Notes under the pieces: model-generated | Seen by the model: only the letters and a program-made list of their open reading frames with translations | What the model was told of the DNA's origin: nothing | Databases searched by the model: none | Source: Balanoglossus misakiensis | Taxonomy: Eukaryota; Animalia; Hemichordata | Length of the DNA stretch: 64,000 nt | Assembly (NCBI GenBank): GCA_040954595.2 | Contig: CM082585.2 | Coordinates: 6,349,808-6,413,807 of the forward strand | Reading direction: 5' to 3' | In this document: piece by piece, positions 39,801 to 51,636 of the stretch | Numbering within the stretch: position 1 is the stretch's first letter | Layout: each line of letters begins with the position of its first letter | Made by a program: the position numbers and the translations under genes

Positions 39801-42800
39801 CCCACCTTCAAGACCTGAAAAAACACAAATATTATTAAGAAAGAAACTCCAGTTTAATAGATGGAGGTAAAATGATAGAGCTAGATGCTCATTACAATTA
39901 CTAGAAAATTACCCATGACAATCATATGTTCAACAGAAATTGGCGATTCCAATAGAACTACCAAGAATAAACTTATTCAAATTACGATTAAATCATTGTC
40001 TATAATAAACAGAGAACCTCAGCTTTAAAAAAAGTATTATCTAGATCTGGTTTCAGGAAATAATATTATGTATGACATGGAACCTAATGTTGCCTACAAT
40101 GCAATGAGAATGGATCTTACCTGGATGACCTATGAATGTACCGGGGGAAGCAGCATGTACAAATGAACTTGGGGATGGAACATGGACTGCACTACTAGGT
40201 GAACTGGCCATCAATAGATTGCCTAGAAGTTATCACATAGAAAATAGCGTCAATGGCATCATGCTCCCATTATAATTAGGAATGATGTATGTATGTACCA
40301 TGACTCATGAATATTAATAATGACAAAAACACAACACAAATTTTGTTATCAGTGCTTATGGCATTGTTGGAAATACTGTTAACTCATTAGTTACATATTC
40401 ATTCAATTTGTTTACAATGATCTGTGGACAGTGATTCTACCAGACAATAAATGATAGGCTTCACTGTATAATAACCCAGCCATGAACTCTGCCAGTCTAC
40501 GTACCAACTCATTTTTGAGGGATGGAGTTAGATGTTATGTAACAGTACACAGCTTTGAAACAAACAAAACCTTAGTGTCAAACAATAGTCATTTTGTCTC
40601 TACGTTTACACTTACCAGGTGATGGAGTTCCGATCATCGGAGACGGGACTATACCACTGGAGATAGACGGGGGTGACGCCAACGGATAGGCACTGGCGCC
40701 CGGGGACGAGCTGTACTGCTGCCCGCTGGAGATGACCGAACCATGCGGGGAGGCGGGGGTGGCAGGATTGCTGGGAGGGGTCATGGGATGGGCAAACCCC
40801 CCTGCTCTGGGAATGGGAGATGCCGTGGACACCTGGGTCATGATGCTTTCCATGGTGTCCATCCGGATTGGGGAGGGAGGGTCGTCGTCTTCGCTGATGG
40901 AACGGCGCCTGGGGTGGGTGACGCTGTCGTCGACAAACAGCGTCAGAAATGACTGGAGAAATGAGAAAGGAATAATTCTTGTATCAGGTTCTTCGCTCAA
41001 ATCTCAATAGGTCCTAAAAAGTTGCTTGCTGACTTCTGGATATACATTTTTCTCTATGGACTGATGTCATGACTGTGGCATCGACAAGATGTCAAGCACA
41101 CATTGAGAAATGCAACCACAAGTGTCAGTGTATTTGTACAAAAAGTGCTATAATAAATTGATTATATCTCCATGGCAGGCACATGATCACTTCAATAAAG
41201 TAAAACTGATGTATGTCCTTTGGAAAGGCAAGATCATGATCTCCTTATCACTATATTCGAAACATATTATTTATTTACCTTCAGGCCAGGAGTTGGAGTG
41301 AACGCTTCCACAACTTTACTGATGTCAAACAGACTGTATGCTCCATCTGTAAACATAACAGGATTACGGTACATCAACTTAATTTTGCCTATGAAATCAC
41401 AATTGTATTCAATTTAATGTAGAAAGACCCATTGTATATTACACAATGAGATCATTAGATTTTAGAACATCTCATTAGACTCACCTCGTATTGCAATCAT
41501 GTTCTTGCCCTTACACTGAATATCAAGACAGTATCTGTGTGGGCTATTAAGGAATATTATTTCACAGGTGTTTCAATTAAAAGAAATCGGGAAATTCAAC
41601 AGCAAGGTTTCACCAGAATGCATCACAACAGAAGAAATTGCCATGTTTATGTGTACACAGAAAAAAAGTCTCAAAGGATACATGCTTCTGAATGCAATTC
41701 TGATGTGAGTTGATGACTGTGGCAGTACACTGAATGTCTGCCATGGTGCCAATGGTCGCTGGAAAAAAAAATTACATACTCGTATTAATTATCATCAGAA
41801 TATTCTTCTTAAATCATTTATTACTCTGAAAGAGCGTGCACACAGCCTTTGATGGTTTCAGTTCATTGATTTCAGTTTTAGAGAACAAAAATACCAACGT
41901 GCATAAGCACTGAGGTTTTGAAATATCATGTAAGTCTGTTGCCGTCGGTTACAGATGAATACTTCCCGGGTAATTCATACCGAACAACAAGAAACCCACT
42001 AATAACAATGGTGATTATTAAATTCTTAAATTTAATGAGGTTTGAAAAGCAATGTCAGCTTGTACAAATGAGACAGAACGGCTGGATATCTGATTTCTGG
42101 TGAAAAAAACTGTTATTGTGTCACTTACTGTCTGTAGTCCCAACATCGGTGACATCTGCAACTTACAGATAGCTTGTAATGGACTCTGGGTGTCACACAA
42201 CACCTGAAATACAAATAACAAAACATTGAAATTTGGCAAACATTTACATGTATATGTACCGTAACATCTTTGCATTTTGTATTCAACATCACCAGACCCA
42301 CCGAAACACCAAGACACTAAACACAAAAAGAATCGGTCTTGCTACAAACCTGTACAAGGAAAGCCAGGCTTCCGTGCTGGTTGAGTTCCTGTTCCAGTTG
42401 ATTCAAAACTAACGTGTGACAGTTGGCAGAGTTGGACTGACCTACCACCCCCAGGTTCAAGTGGAATTTCCCGTCAGGCTGCCACTGAACAGTAACCTAT
42501 CAGAGACACAATGCAAGAAATCATTAGTAGGTTCATAGACTTGTGCTGGTTTGGCTGACAGCTGCATTATAAGAAATGATGTTATAAAAGCAAGAGATTC
42601 ATACTTATTTTTGCAGAGCACATCTTTTATGCTGAGATACTTACTATGCTGGTCTTGTCTTTGCCGTAGGCTAGTGTCAGTTTACGATACGTGTAGGACC
42701 TCACTTCAACCATGGAAGCGAATGATGCATCTGAAATAAGCACATAAATAAAAGTTACTGAAACAAAAGAACTGGAGTGTTGCGGTTACTGCTGATGTCC

Positions 42801-45800
42801 TCTACTGAAAGGGGCAAAGTCACTTGTGATTGAGAATATTTTAGTAAGTTTGTAAAAGAAATTCTCTCTCAACGAAAAAAAAATTCTAACATCAAAAGTA
42901 AGTAATTTTACCCCTTGAAGAGAAAGTTCACTAACAGTAAAATAGCTGACAATATAATGAAATTTTGTGAGAGTTCTTGTTTCTACCATAGTTCAAACAA
43001 TCACCAGTATATTCTGCAATAATTTGTCTAGGTTATTTTGAAGCTGTTTTCTAAAAAAAATCTGTGAAACAGACAAGACTCATGGATTCTAGTTTAGCAA
43101 CTACGATGTCGAAAAGAATGACCTCACCTTGCATGGCAGTAGCAAGATCTGCAACCAACACATAGAGTTGGCCGATGGCTTGCCAGTCTTGTAGCAACTG
43201 TTGCACCATGGGAGTGTACGTCTGCCCGGTTAAGCTATCATATTGTAGATAAATGTGTCTGACCTCGCCCTGCTCACGGTGGTTGCTGCTATTCAACGGG
43301 CAGTCGCTGAACACAAACTGAAATTGAAGTACAGGGGAAATGTTGACTTACAGTTTATATTGACATGCAGGACAGTTAGACTAGTTCTATGACAAAGAAA
43401 ACTTGCAAAAAATAGTCTTGTATTTTTTTAACTTTTTTATGATTATGAAATAAACTCTGGCTGGTTGCAAACTGAATTTTCTGTCAAAATACCCAAATTA
43501 CCAACATGTATTGGGTAAAAGGCCTGGAAGTTTTGATTGATAAAGTTAAAATTAGTTTGCTGCAGTCAAACCTGTCTATAGTGGCCAGTCAAGGGACTTT
43601 CCTAAACTGGCCTATTTATAGACAGGTCAATTAGAGTACATGTACATGTAAATTGCACAGGGACTGTAACAAAGTGGTCATTATATAGAGGTGGCCACTA
43701 TATAGAGGTGGCTTCTAACACAGGTTTGACTGTATATGTGATTCTCTAGTGAAGGGTGTCAATATTTTGATCCTATACTCACATGTACAAGCCACGTTCT
43801 GTTTGTCTTGCCTTGCAGCCTGATACAACAGTCCAACACAGCTCTGTTTATAGAGTCATTGATTTCGCTTGGGATACCTTCACACATCGGCATACTGCAA
43901 TCAAGAACAAAGTAAATCCCACGCATGTAACTCTGTTTCATGGTTGGAACAAAGACTGGATCAAGTATATTTATATTTCAAACCAGTTTTCCACATTAAA
44001 AACAAGGAGATTTCTTACTTGACAATTTTTACAGAAAGTCCAAGGCCTTCCCCTTCTACTTGCACTCCCTGATGGCAAACGTTGAATAATGACAACTGAA
44101 AAAAAAAGAAGAAATTATTAGAACATCTCATGAATTATTAATCACAACAAAATAATGCAGAGCAGAGCATATTTGCTCAAAGAATCTCCAGTGAAGTTTT
44201 TTAAAAAAGGAGGAATAAAATCATTGTGTATTTTGAAAGACGGGAGCAGATCTTAACGCTGCCCACAATGTCCAAAAGTCTTATCACTGCCACTTCACAA
44301 CTCAAGATCTTACAGGGCTTACAAGACGACAATGAAAATGAATACTTGTAATTTACTGTAGTGTAAACAATACCTCATCACAAAGTCCAATGAATGGGAT
44401 TCGTGCATCGCACATGGCAATCGTGTGAGACAATTCCGCTAGAAAATATGGCACTTCGTCGGAACTACGCAGGAACTTGGATAACGGCTGTGTCAGTCCA
44501 CGGGGAGAAGTCTGAAAATAGATGGAAAAAATTTATGAAAGTACAGAAGATAGGTGAACTCAATCAATATCTGCTTGTTTTGTTGGGATGAAATAATTTG
44601 AAATCTTGACACAATTCAGAGCCACACAGACTTGAATGTTAAATGTGATTAAAGACTAAAAGCTGATGACTGAACTTTATCGCTCATCTAGGTACAATGT
44701 ACTGCTGAAAAACCTCAACAAACAAGCACACACACACACAGCGACTGTATGGAAAGTCTCTGTGACAGCCATTGAAATCATTGGAGAACTCACCTTTCTT
44801 TTCTGACCAGGGAGAACGTCATTCTCTGAAATGAAAACGAAGATGATAGCAACATCAGAACTCATCCTACTGGTGCTCTTTTTTAAAGTGGTAAAATTCT
44901 CAATGTGATAAATATCTCAGTTGCAGGTTTTAGGACATTTTACAAAGTATCTACAGCCACAAAGGGATTTTAAACAACACTGAATAAACAATATCATGAA
45001 AAGGAACTACAAGAAGCCTGTCAAATTTCTAGCTGACAATAAGCACACACCAGCATCATCACATTTATAAAGCATCGCATAATGCAGTGCCTATAGACCA
45101 CAAGGTTCAATTATTTTAGATGCCTGTGTGCTTACTCCACAGCCTACTCCACAATTTTTTAAAGTGTGGACAGATAAAGCAGCCCCCTCACGAGACCGAA
45201 GTTTCAGTCTAGCCAGAACTGTGTGGAGCGATTTACTACAGGACAGGTAATGCTGTGGTTTTGAAACGTGGAAATTCCCGGTAAGACAGCAATAGTTTGA
45301 ACCGACTCCACTCACCATGAAGTAATGTCTCTGGTCCGTGCGTCGTGCTGTGCGGGTTGATCGGAACCAAACTGATGGGCTGCAGGTAGTGTTCTGATGT
45401 GTCTGTGTCTACGTGGGAGACATTGGCAGATTCCTGGTAGGTGGCCTGTCTCACATACAGCAGGTGGTATTTGTAGTACAGTTCAGCGTATCCTGGGCTC
45501 TGTAGAAGTTCGACCACCTGTCAAATGAATTTACAAGATGCAAATGTTACTCTACATAATTTAATTTCAGACTTTAGCAATACTATTTTTTGTGTGAACT
45601 GAAACAGTTCACTGAATTTTTAGCAGGAACGCACATCCCAAACAAGTCTAATTGCTTGCAAATGAAAGGAGGAATGTTGCAAAGGATAGATGATAGGTGT
45701 TCCGGGTCTTGTTTTGTCAGCCATTCTGGCATTGGAAGTAAAAACAAACTCACCAAGTAATAATTGGGATATCTCGTGAAATGGATGTAGAGTTTGTTTT

Positions 45801-48800
45801 CAGATAACTTCATCAGAGGATGGTCGTCACTGACTGGCAGCAGAGGGAGCTTCTTCGTCCAGTGACATGGCAGTGAGCTGACCGTTCTGAAACATCTCTC
45901 TAGGCCGAGTCTGTACCTGAAAATTACAAGACATGTAATGTGAGTCTGAGGAATCTCCATTTTGAATGAAAAACGCTTGGCATTCAGAACATTGTCCAAG
46001 CTTATTATCAGGATTTCGATTTTTACATGAAATTGGTATGGTTGCATTTTTTCATTATTATTTTTGTCTTGTAAGAAAAAAAAATCATACTGATCTATTC
46101 ATATAAACTATGTGTCCATAACTGGAAAATATCAGTGTCATTCACAGAATACAGGTGTTTATATCTGAGTAGACAGTGCGATGATGGGATTATCTAGACA
46201 TATAGCATCAAGAAAAATATCAGTAGGAAAGAGGTAAAGATTTATCAATTTACTAGCTATCTGAGCAGACTCAAAACCTTCTGCACAAAATGACAGTTTT
46301 ACCTTATCTTTGTGATGAGTTCATCTAGATGAGAGAGATCTGTGTTCAGACACTGTTCCAAGTCTTCCATCAATGATCCATCTGTAACACAAAAATACGG
46401 ACACAATTATAATGGCAAAACACTAGCAAATAAATAAATCATATACAGGAGAAAATATGAATACGAGTATGAGGGATGGTTCTCTTTCAAAAGGAGAGGG
46501 GGGTTTCTTACCACAATATGGCAGACTTGGTTGTAATGTACCAGTTTGTAAGTCCAGTGAAATACACAGTAATTCTGATCTGACACATGGCTGAAGTATA
46601 CCAATGGTGAGAACTGGGGTCTTTCCGTCTAGATACACTGAGTGTGTGAAGAAAATTGCATAAATTAGTGGAATGATGCATACTCCTACATACTAGATAC
46701 ATGAGAATTTGAACAAAGGATTTTTCAAGCCTTTATGATTTCTTTTTGATACCAAGATTGGGTAATGTTCTATACCATAATTTTTACACTAACCTGTCAG
46801 TTCAGACATATCAGCCTCCAAAACTGATTTCAGTTCCTGGATATAAAAGGAAAAGTCCAGATGTAAAAATCTAAGAATGCTGGAAGTGATTTGCAATTTC
46901 GTTAAATCATCCTAATACAAATAGGGACATATATGAATGAAGTGTCCAATACTGATGATCTGTGATTGGTGGATTGGCTAGTTGGCACTCACCTGTAATT
47001 TGGCCTTTGACCTTACTTGAACCGTCTGCACCAGCAACTTCTCTATGGACAGCTGATCACACTGTGAATGATGACATCAAAGCATGGACAGTCAGATACA
47101 AGAATACCACAGAATACATTACAGTGAGTTAATACTGTAGAACACTTTATTTTCGCGAGTTAAATTTTTCGCGATATCGAGAGAGGCCACTGTTTCGCGA
47201 GTATTAATTTTCGCGTTCTCTTATTTCATTCACTGCATCGTTATCTTCAAAAAAATTTACCCAAATTTTATTTTCACGCTATTTTGTCTCTCGAGTATTT
47301 CGCGAAAATTTATTGCTCGCGAAAATGAAGTGTTTTACTGTATCTCTGTGACATCCATCTTACTACATTGGCTACCTCCATCTAACATTGTTGAATGGAT
47401 TTCTTACCTTGATGGCTTGATCAGCCTGTTTCGCCTCTTCAGTACTCATCAAGGGATGGTGTTGTACTTGCAATGGTTTACAGCTGTCGTGCTGATCTAT
47501 GCAAACTGTCAGAGTGTAAGTCTCTCTCTTGAACTTGTCCGCGTGGTAATTCTGTGCTCTGAAGGAGAATAGATAACAAAACAACTTTTTTGGGTAGATA
47601 CACACTGCGCATGTTAGATTCTGAAACTATTTCTACTAGAGTTTTAGTTCCCACACCTGAAACATACTTGTCAAGATGTCAAAATTCAAATTGTAGTCCT
47701 AGAATATCAATTATCACACCCAAGGAAAAAAGTGAGATTTGTAACATGAATGTTGGTAACAACTTACCTCCAATAATCAAGGGTCAAATTCTGTCCTGCT
47801 GTGTATTTGCTGATCATCAAATGTTCGCCCCATCTCTCTCGGATTAGTCTCTGGGCCTGCAAATAATATAGTAGCACTGTTAGTGTACACAGGAAAAAAA
47901 GGGGGTCAGTGTAAAGAGACTATTCCTATAAAATTATAGCACTATACAAAACAGATACATACCTGTGAATGTAAGACTTCAAGCTGCAGAGACTGACAAA
48001 AGCTGTCTGTTGACACATTCAGGAAACATAGCAGATAACACCTGTATACATGTGTCAGTGAAATACTGGTAATTCAAGTTCATACAAATACCAATATGTA
48101 TCATGATGAAAGTTGAAACATAAGTTCTAGTAGTAATAGCTCTATCAGGGTGTTAATGATTATCAATCATTTAGCCGACAATCGACACCTGACACATCCT
48201 GACTATTTTCAGCATTAGTCGATGTAGAAGTAGAAGTAACATCAATATACGGTAACTCCATGATTTGAGATGATGAGACTGACACAAACTATTGATTATT
48301 GTCCCCTACTTTGAAAAGGATACGTAAACAATTGTACATGTCTAATAGGGGCTTGTCGTCATCAAAGAGTCTGGACTGGACTAACTGGTGGATGTAATTC
48401 ACCTGCAAAGAAAACAACAAGAAAGTAAGTTAGGAACAATATTGCAAACATCATTTGAAATTACAGCTACTATTCTTTTAAAGTAAATCCATAAAAGAAT
48501 GGGACATTCCAAGGAAAAGACTCCAATCATGACAAATTTCCTTCCATGGCCCTTGAGCAAAATTGTTCCTCACCTGTACACTATGTACCAGCGCTTTGCC
48601 ATCTCCCGTCTCTGGGTCTTGTACCAGAATCTCGATATTTAATAATCTCCATGGTATGGTGGGATCATCGCCCATTACAGTCAGTGTGGCCTGTATACAA
48701 TAACGAATAATACAATAATGTCAGTGATGTGGCTGGATTATTCTCATCCTAAGGTACTGGTTCAAACGAAATCCAGATGGACACAAAAAATATAAACAGT

Positions 48801-51636
48801 ACTTGTAATATGCAAGTAATAGACAACAAACTTGAAAATTCGCTTGGGGGGGGGGGGCGCATTAATATTATAAAATTACACAGAATAACTTACTTCAAAT
48901 TCATGTGGGACATGAAATCTGACTCTTCCATCCTCTGAAAATGAATAAATATGAATATTAGTTTGACCCAGGTGTAACACATAACACATACTAATCATTT
49001 ACATGTCTGACAGTCACACACATCCCGTACATTTATTTGTGTCTGAATGATGACACAGAAAATTATCCATTTTTTTGCTGAGAATTGGCTTGTACAATTT
49101 TGGGTATGTGCTCAATTAATTGATTTGCCATTTCTAACCATCTGTGGTGTATTTTGGCCATCTACAGTGTATGATACAACCAGTCTATGATAGGATTTTG
49201 TATTCTACTGACTATACCTTACAGTATTGACTATAGTCTATGATACTTACTGATTGTGAGATCGGCAAGTTGTGGTGGTAGATCGATGGTGACAAGTCTG
49301 TGTTGTAAGATTTGATTCAATCTTGATAAAGTTGACGCTTTCTCGTCTGCAGTTATCGGATCAGGAGGGATGATTTTCTCCTGAATGTAAAAAAAAAATA
49401 TTCAGTTATCTTGTCAATTACTGCAATTATGATGAGTGGTATTTTTCACTGGAGTCACCAACACTATATTCAATCCATGAGTTAGAGTCCATGAATAAAA
49501 TTTGGCTGATTTCTTCCCTATTCTGGCATAGATGTCATATCGTGTTTACCTTGATACACGCTGGCAGTCTTGGGAAAGTTCCTGTGGTAAGTACATCAAC
49601 AGCATGTGGAATGGAAAAGTTGGGAAGTCTGAAATGCAAAAATACAGGCAAATTTAAATAATGATCAAGACAACCATATCATGTCTTTTTTTTTTCTTAA
49701 GTCACTGCTTCCCTTATAATAAATCCTAGTATCAAACATAAGCTGACTGATCCATATAATTATGCTTTTGCTCATCTGGGAGTTCTTACACTGACCTTAA
49801 ACCTCAGTATGCAAAGTAGACCATACATAACTAAACTGGTGGGGTGGGGACAGGGACTTTTTTTACCCCCTCTGCATTTAACACCCACTACTTGGGTTAG
49901 GGATAGGGTTAGGGAATTAAGTGTCCTGTGGGTAAATATCCATGGGAAATGTCCTGGAAAAAGCTGGTTTAAGTCCAGCGTGTTGACACAGTGCGCCCTC
50001 TACAGACCAAGCAATCAGTGATTTATTTTACCTCGCATTGACCAGGACCTCTCTTGCCATCCTAGCCAGCTGATCTGCGGTGTCCACGAAAAGCATGGCT
50101 TGTTGATCCAGGAAGTTGGAAATCAGCTGCAAGAAAAAAGCAATATGATACAAAATAAGTCAATTGTGGCAGACAGAAAAAACAAAATACAGAAAGTCCA
50201 AACTCGCCAATTGATCACAGTAATGAATGTAATCACATTGTAATTAATGATTTTTAGAAACTATACAATGATTACGTTGTGATCGGATTGATTCCAAGAA
50301 ATGTTACTGACAGAAACCTTAGCCACAGTATCTGTCTTAGAGCTCCCACAAGAGGATTGCTTCACAGGCAAAACCTACTGTACATGTAACTTGATGTAAG
50401 TACACTGATCAGTTTCATGTGGAAGAGATCATAATATACAGTAACACTTACTCCACACTTGTCCACTTTGGCTGCACTGTTTGCCCATTTCACTAAAGCC
50501 AACAACCTCACAAACTGTTGCCGAGTGCGACTTGCAAATTGCACGATTTCAATTTTTCTGCAAGAAAAAAAGTAGCACATCACATTTAAATTAATGTCTC
50601 TGACTGAAAGGACAAAACAACCATCTTAATTTTTTTTTACCTCAGATGAAAAGTCACATGTTAATGTACAGGGTCACTATATTGGCCAGTTATCACTGAA
50701 ACGTGCATGACTACAGAAACCACAGACTATAGTATCCCAAACAATCCCATGAACCTGAGATACTATTTACACTACAGATGATAATTACCTTTCCATGTCT
50801 GTTTTTCTTGGCAATCTGTAAAATAGAGATATCATTATACAAAGATCTTTATTTCAAATAATGACGTGGTTTGGAAACCAAAGTTGATAAGTCCCTATCA
50901 ATTTTTCTTGCAATACTCCTGACTTCCCAGGAACATAATATTTAACTTTGACGAGCAATGTTTTTGTGAATGTATGTTCATTTCTGCTGTGTGTTTCTCT
51001 CATGTGTTGTAATCCACAATCAGTATCAAAGGGTATCTGTTTTTGCTATGGTAATTAGGTTAGGGAACATTGGTAAATGATCTTGGAATCCCAGCAACAT
51101 AGAAAGGGGAACCCCCGTAAAGACAGGGAAACCAGTAATGGTATTACCTGTGATACAACCCTAACAAACAAGTGTGTATGGAGAAATGGCAACAGTGTCT
51201 TCCTGATTGCTTTTTTACTCTTTTCTGCTTAATTTTCCATTCAAACATCCAAAGAAATGATGTCTTTGTGTGTTTATAAAGTATATGTGTTAATACCTTC
51301 TCACAATGGAAGAAGTAGGATGGGAACAGTGGGTTTAGCCACAGAGCTGTAGTCTCTACTTCCTCCATTGAGATTACAGATACAATGTAGCAAAACAGGG
51401 GGAATCATCCACATAAAGTCGTCTTTGATAATATTATTTAATGTATTATTTACTCACAATTCTGCAAGAACTGTTATCTCATGGTAGGTCTTCTGAAGTA
51501 GAAACTCGATCAGCATTGACAGTGAGACGGTATTTGGAGTCACAGGCCCTCCTCCTCCTCCACCTCCGCCAGCGGGAGTGCCAGCAGGCGTAGCTTGCGC
51601 CAAAGCCATCTGATTTTGACTTTCTATCGGTGGCAT
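36882..51636 (-). CDS. MED14: Mediator of RNA polymerase II transcription subunit 14, complete; 39 coding exons
   Basis: Exons in transcript order: 51458-51636, 50789-50815, 50452-50557, 50032-50126, 49550-49628, 49251-49380, 48894-48934, 48574-48690, 48324-48402, 47963-48006, 47768-47856, 47408-47558, 46993-47061, 46794-46836, 46512-46628, 46303-46381, 45754-45916, 45316-45517, 44794-44825, 44374-44511, 44019-44095, 43783-43894, 43128-43317, 42645-42730, 42350-42496, 42129-42203, 41682-41758, 41485-41534, 41279-41346, 40616-40952, 40121-40222, 39632-39814, 39145-39365, 38648-38771, 38441-38502, 38215-38322, 37951-38070, 37334-37529, 36882-36943. These sum to 4377 nt (1458 aa + TAA). Recognisable MED14 motifs: [34 protein letters not shown]; [21 protein letters not shown]; [12 protein letters not shown]; RSWAASIPT; [14 protein letters not shown]. 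Confidence 0.96.
38323..38440 (-). other. GC-AG intron of MED14, intron 35
   Basis: The donor AAG|GCAAGG keeps the frame (FFETK-VVCPPFK); the GT 5 nt downstream would frameshift. Confidence 0.8.
38870..39132. mobile_element. Same palindromic element, copy 2, in a MED14 intron
   Basis: Long inverted arms (CACACACCTTCCATCCCGCTTGTA / TACAAGCGGGATGGAAGGTGTGTG); same right end as copy 1. Confidence 0.75.
41535..41681 (-). other. U12-type (minor spliceosome) GT-AG intron of MED14, intron 27
   Basis: 5' splice site GTATCCTTT; branch TTCCTTAAT 11 nt before the exon; splicing restores FRSI-YCLDI. Confidence 0.92.
43563..43732. mobile_element. MITE with 13-bp TIR CAGTCAAACCTGT (Tc1/mariner/pogo-like)
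   Basis: CAGTCAAACCTGT...ACAGGTTTGACTG followed by TA; internal TATAGAGGTGGY subterminal repeats. Confidence 0.7.
47133..47342. mobile_element. TA-flanked MITE with TTTTCGCG subterminal repeats
   Basis: TACTGTAGAACACTTTATTTTCGCGAG ... CTCGCGAAAATGAAGTGTTTTACTGTA, an imperfect terminal inverted repeat. Confidence 0.7.
48007..48323 (-). other. U12-type (minor spliceosome) GT-AG intron of MED14, intron 9
   Basis: 5' splice site GTATCCTTT; branch-like TTTCCTGAAT about 10 nt before the CAG; no polypyrimidine tract; splicing restores CLH-SFC. Confidence 0.88.

Noticed and set aside
42605-42644. Longer version of MED14 exon 24 using a GTATGA donor
   Set aside because: Out of phase with the next exon; the GTAAGT donor after 42645 keeps the frame.
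49893-49913. Telomere-like GGGTTAGGGATAGGGTTAGGG
   Set aside because: Only about three imperfect units; more likely part of a short interspersed repeat than an interstitial telomere.
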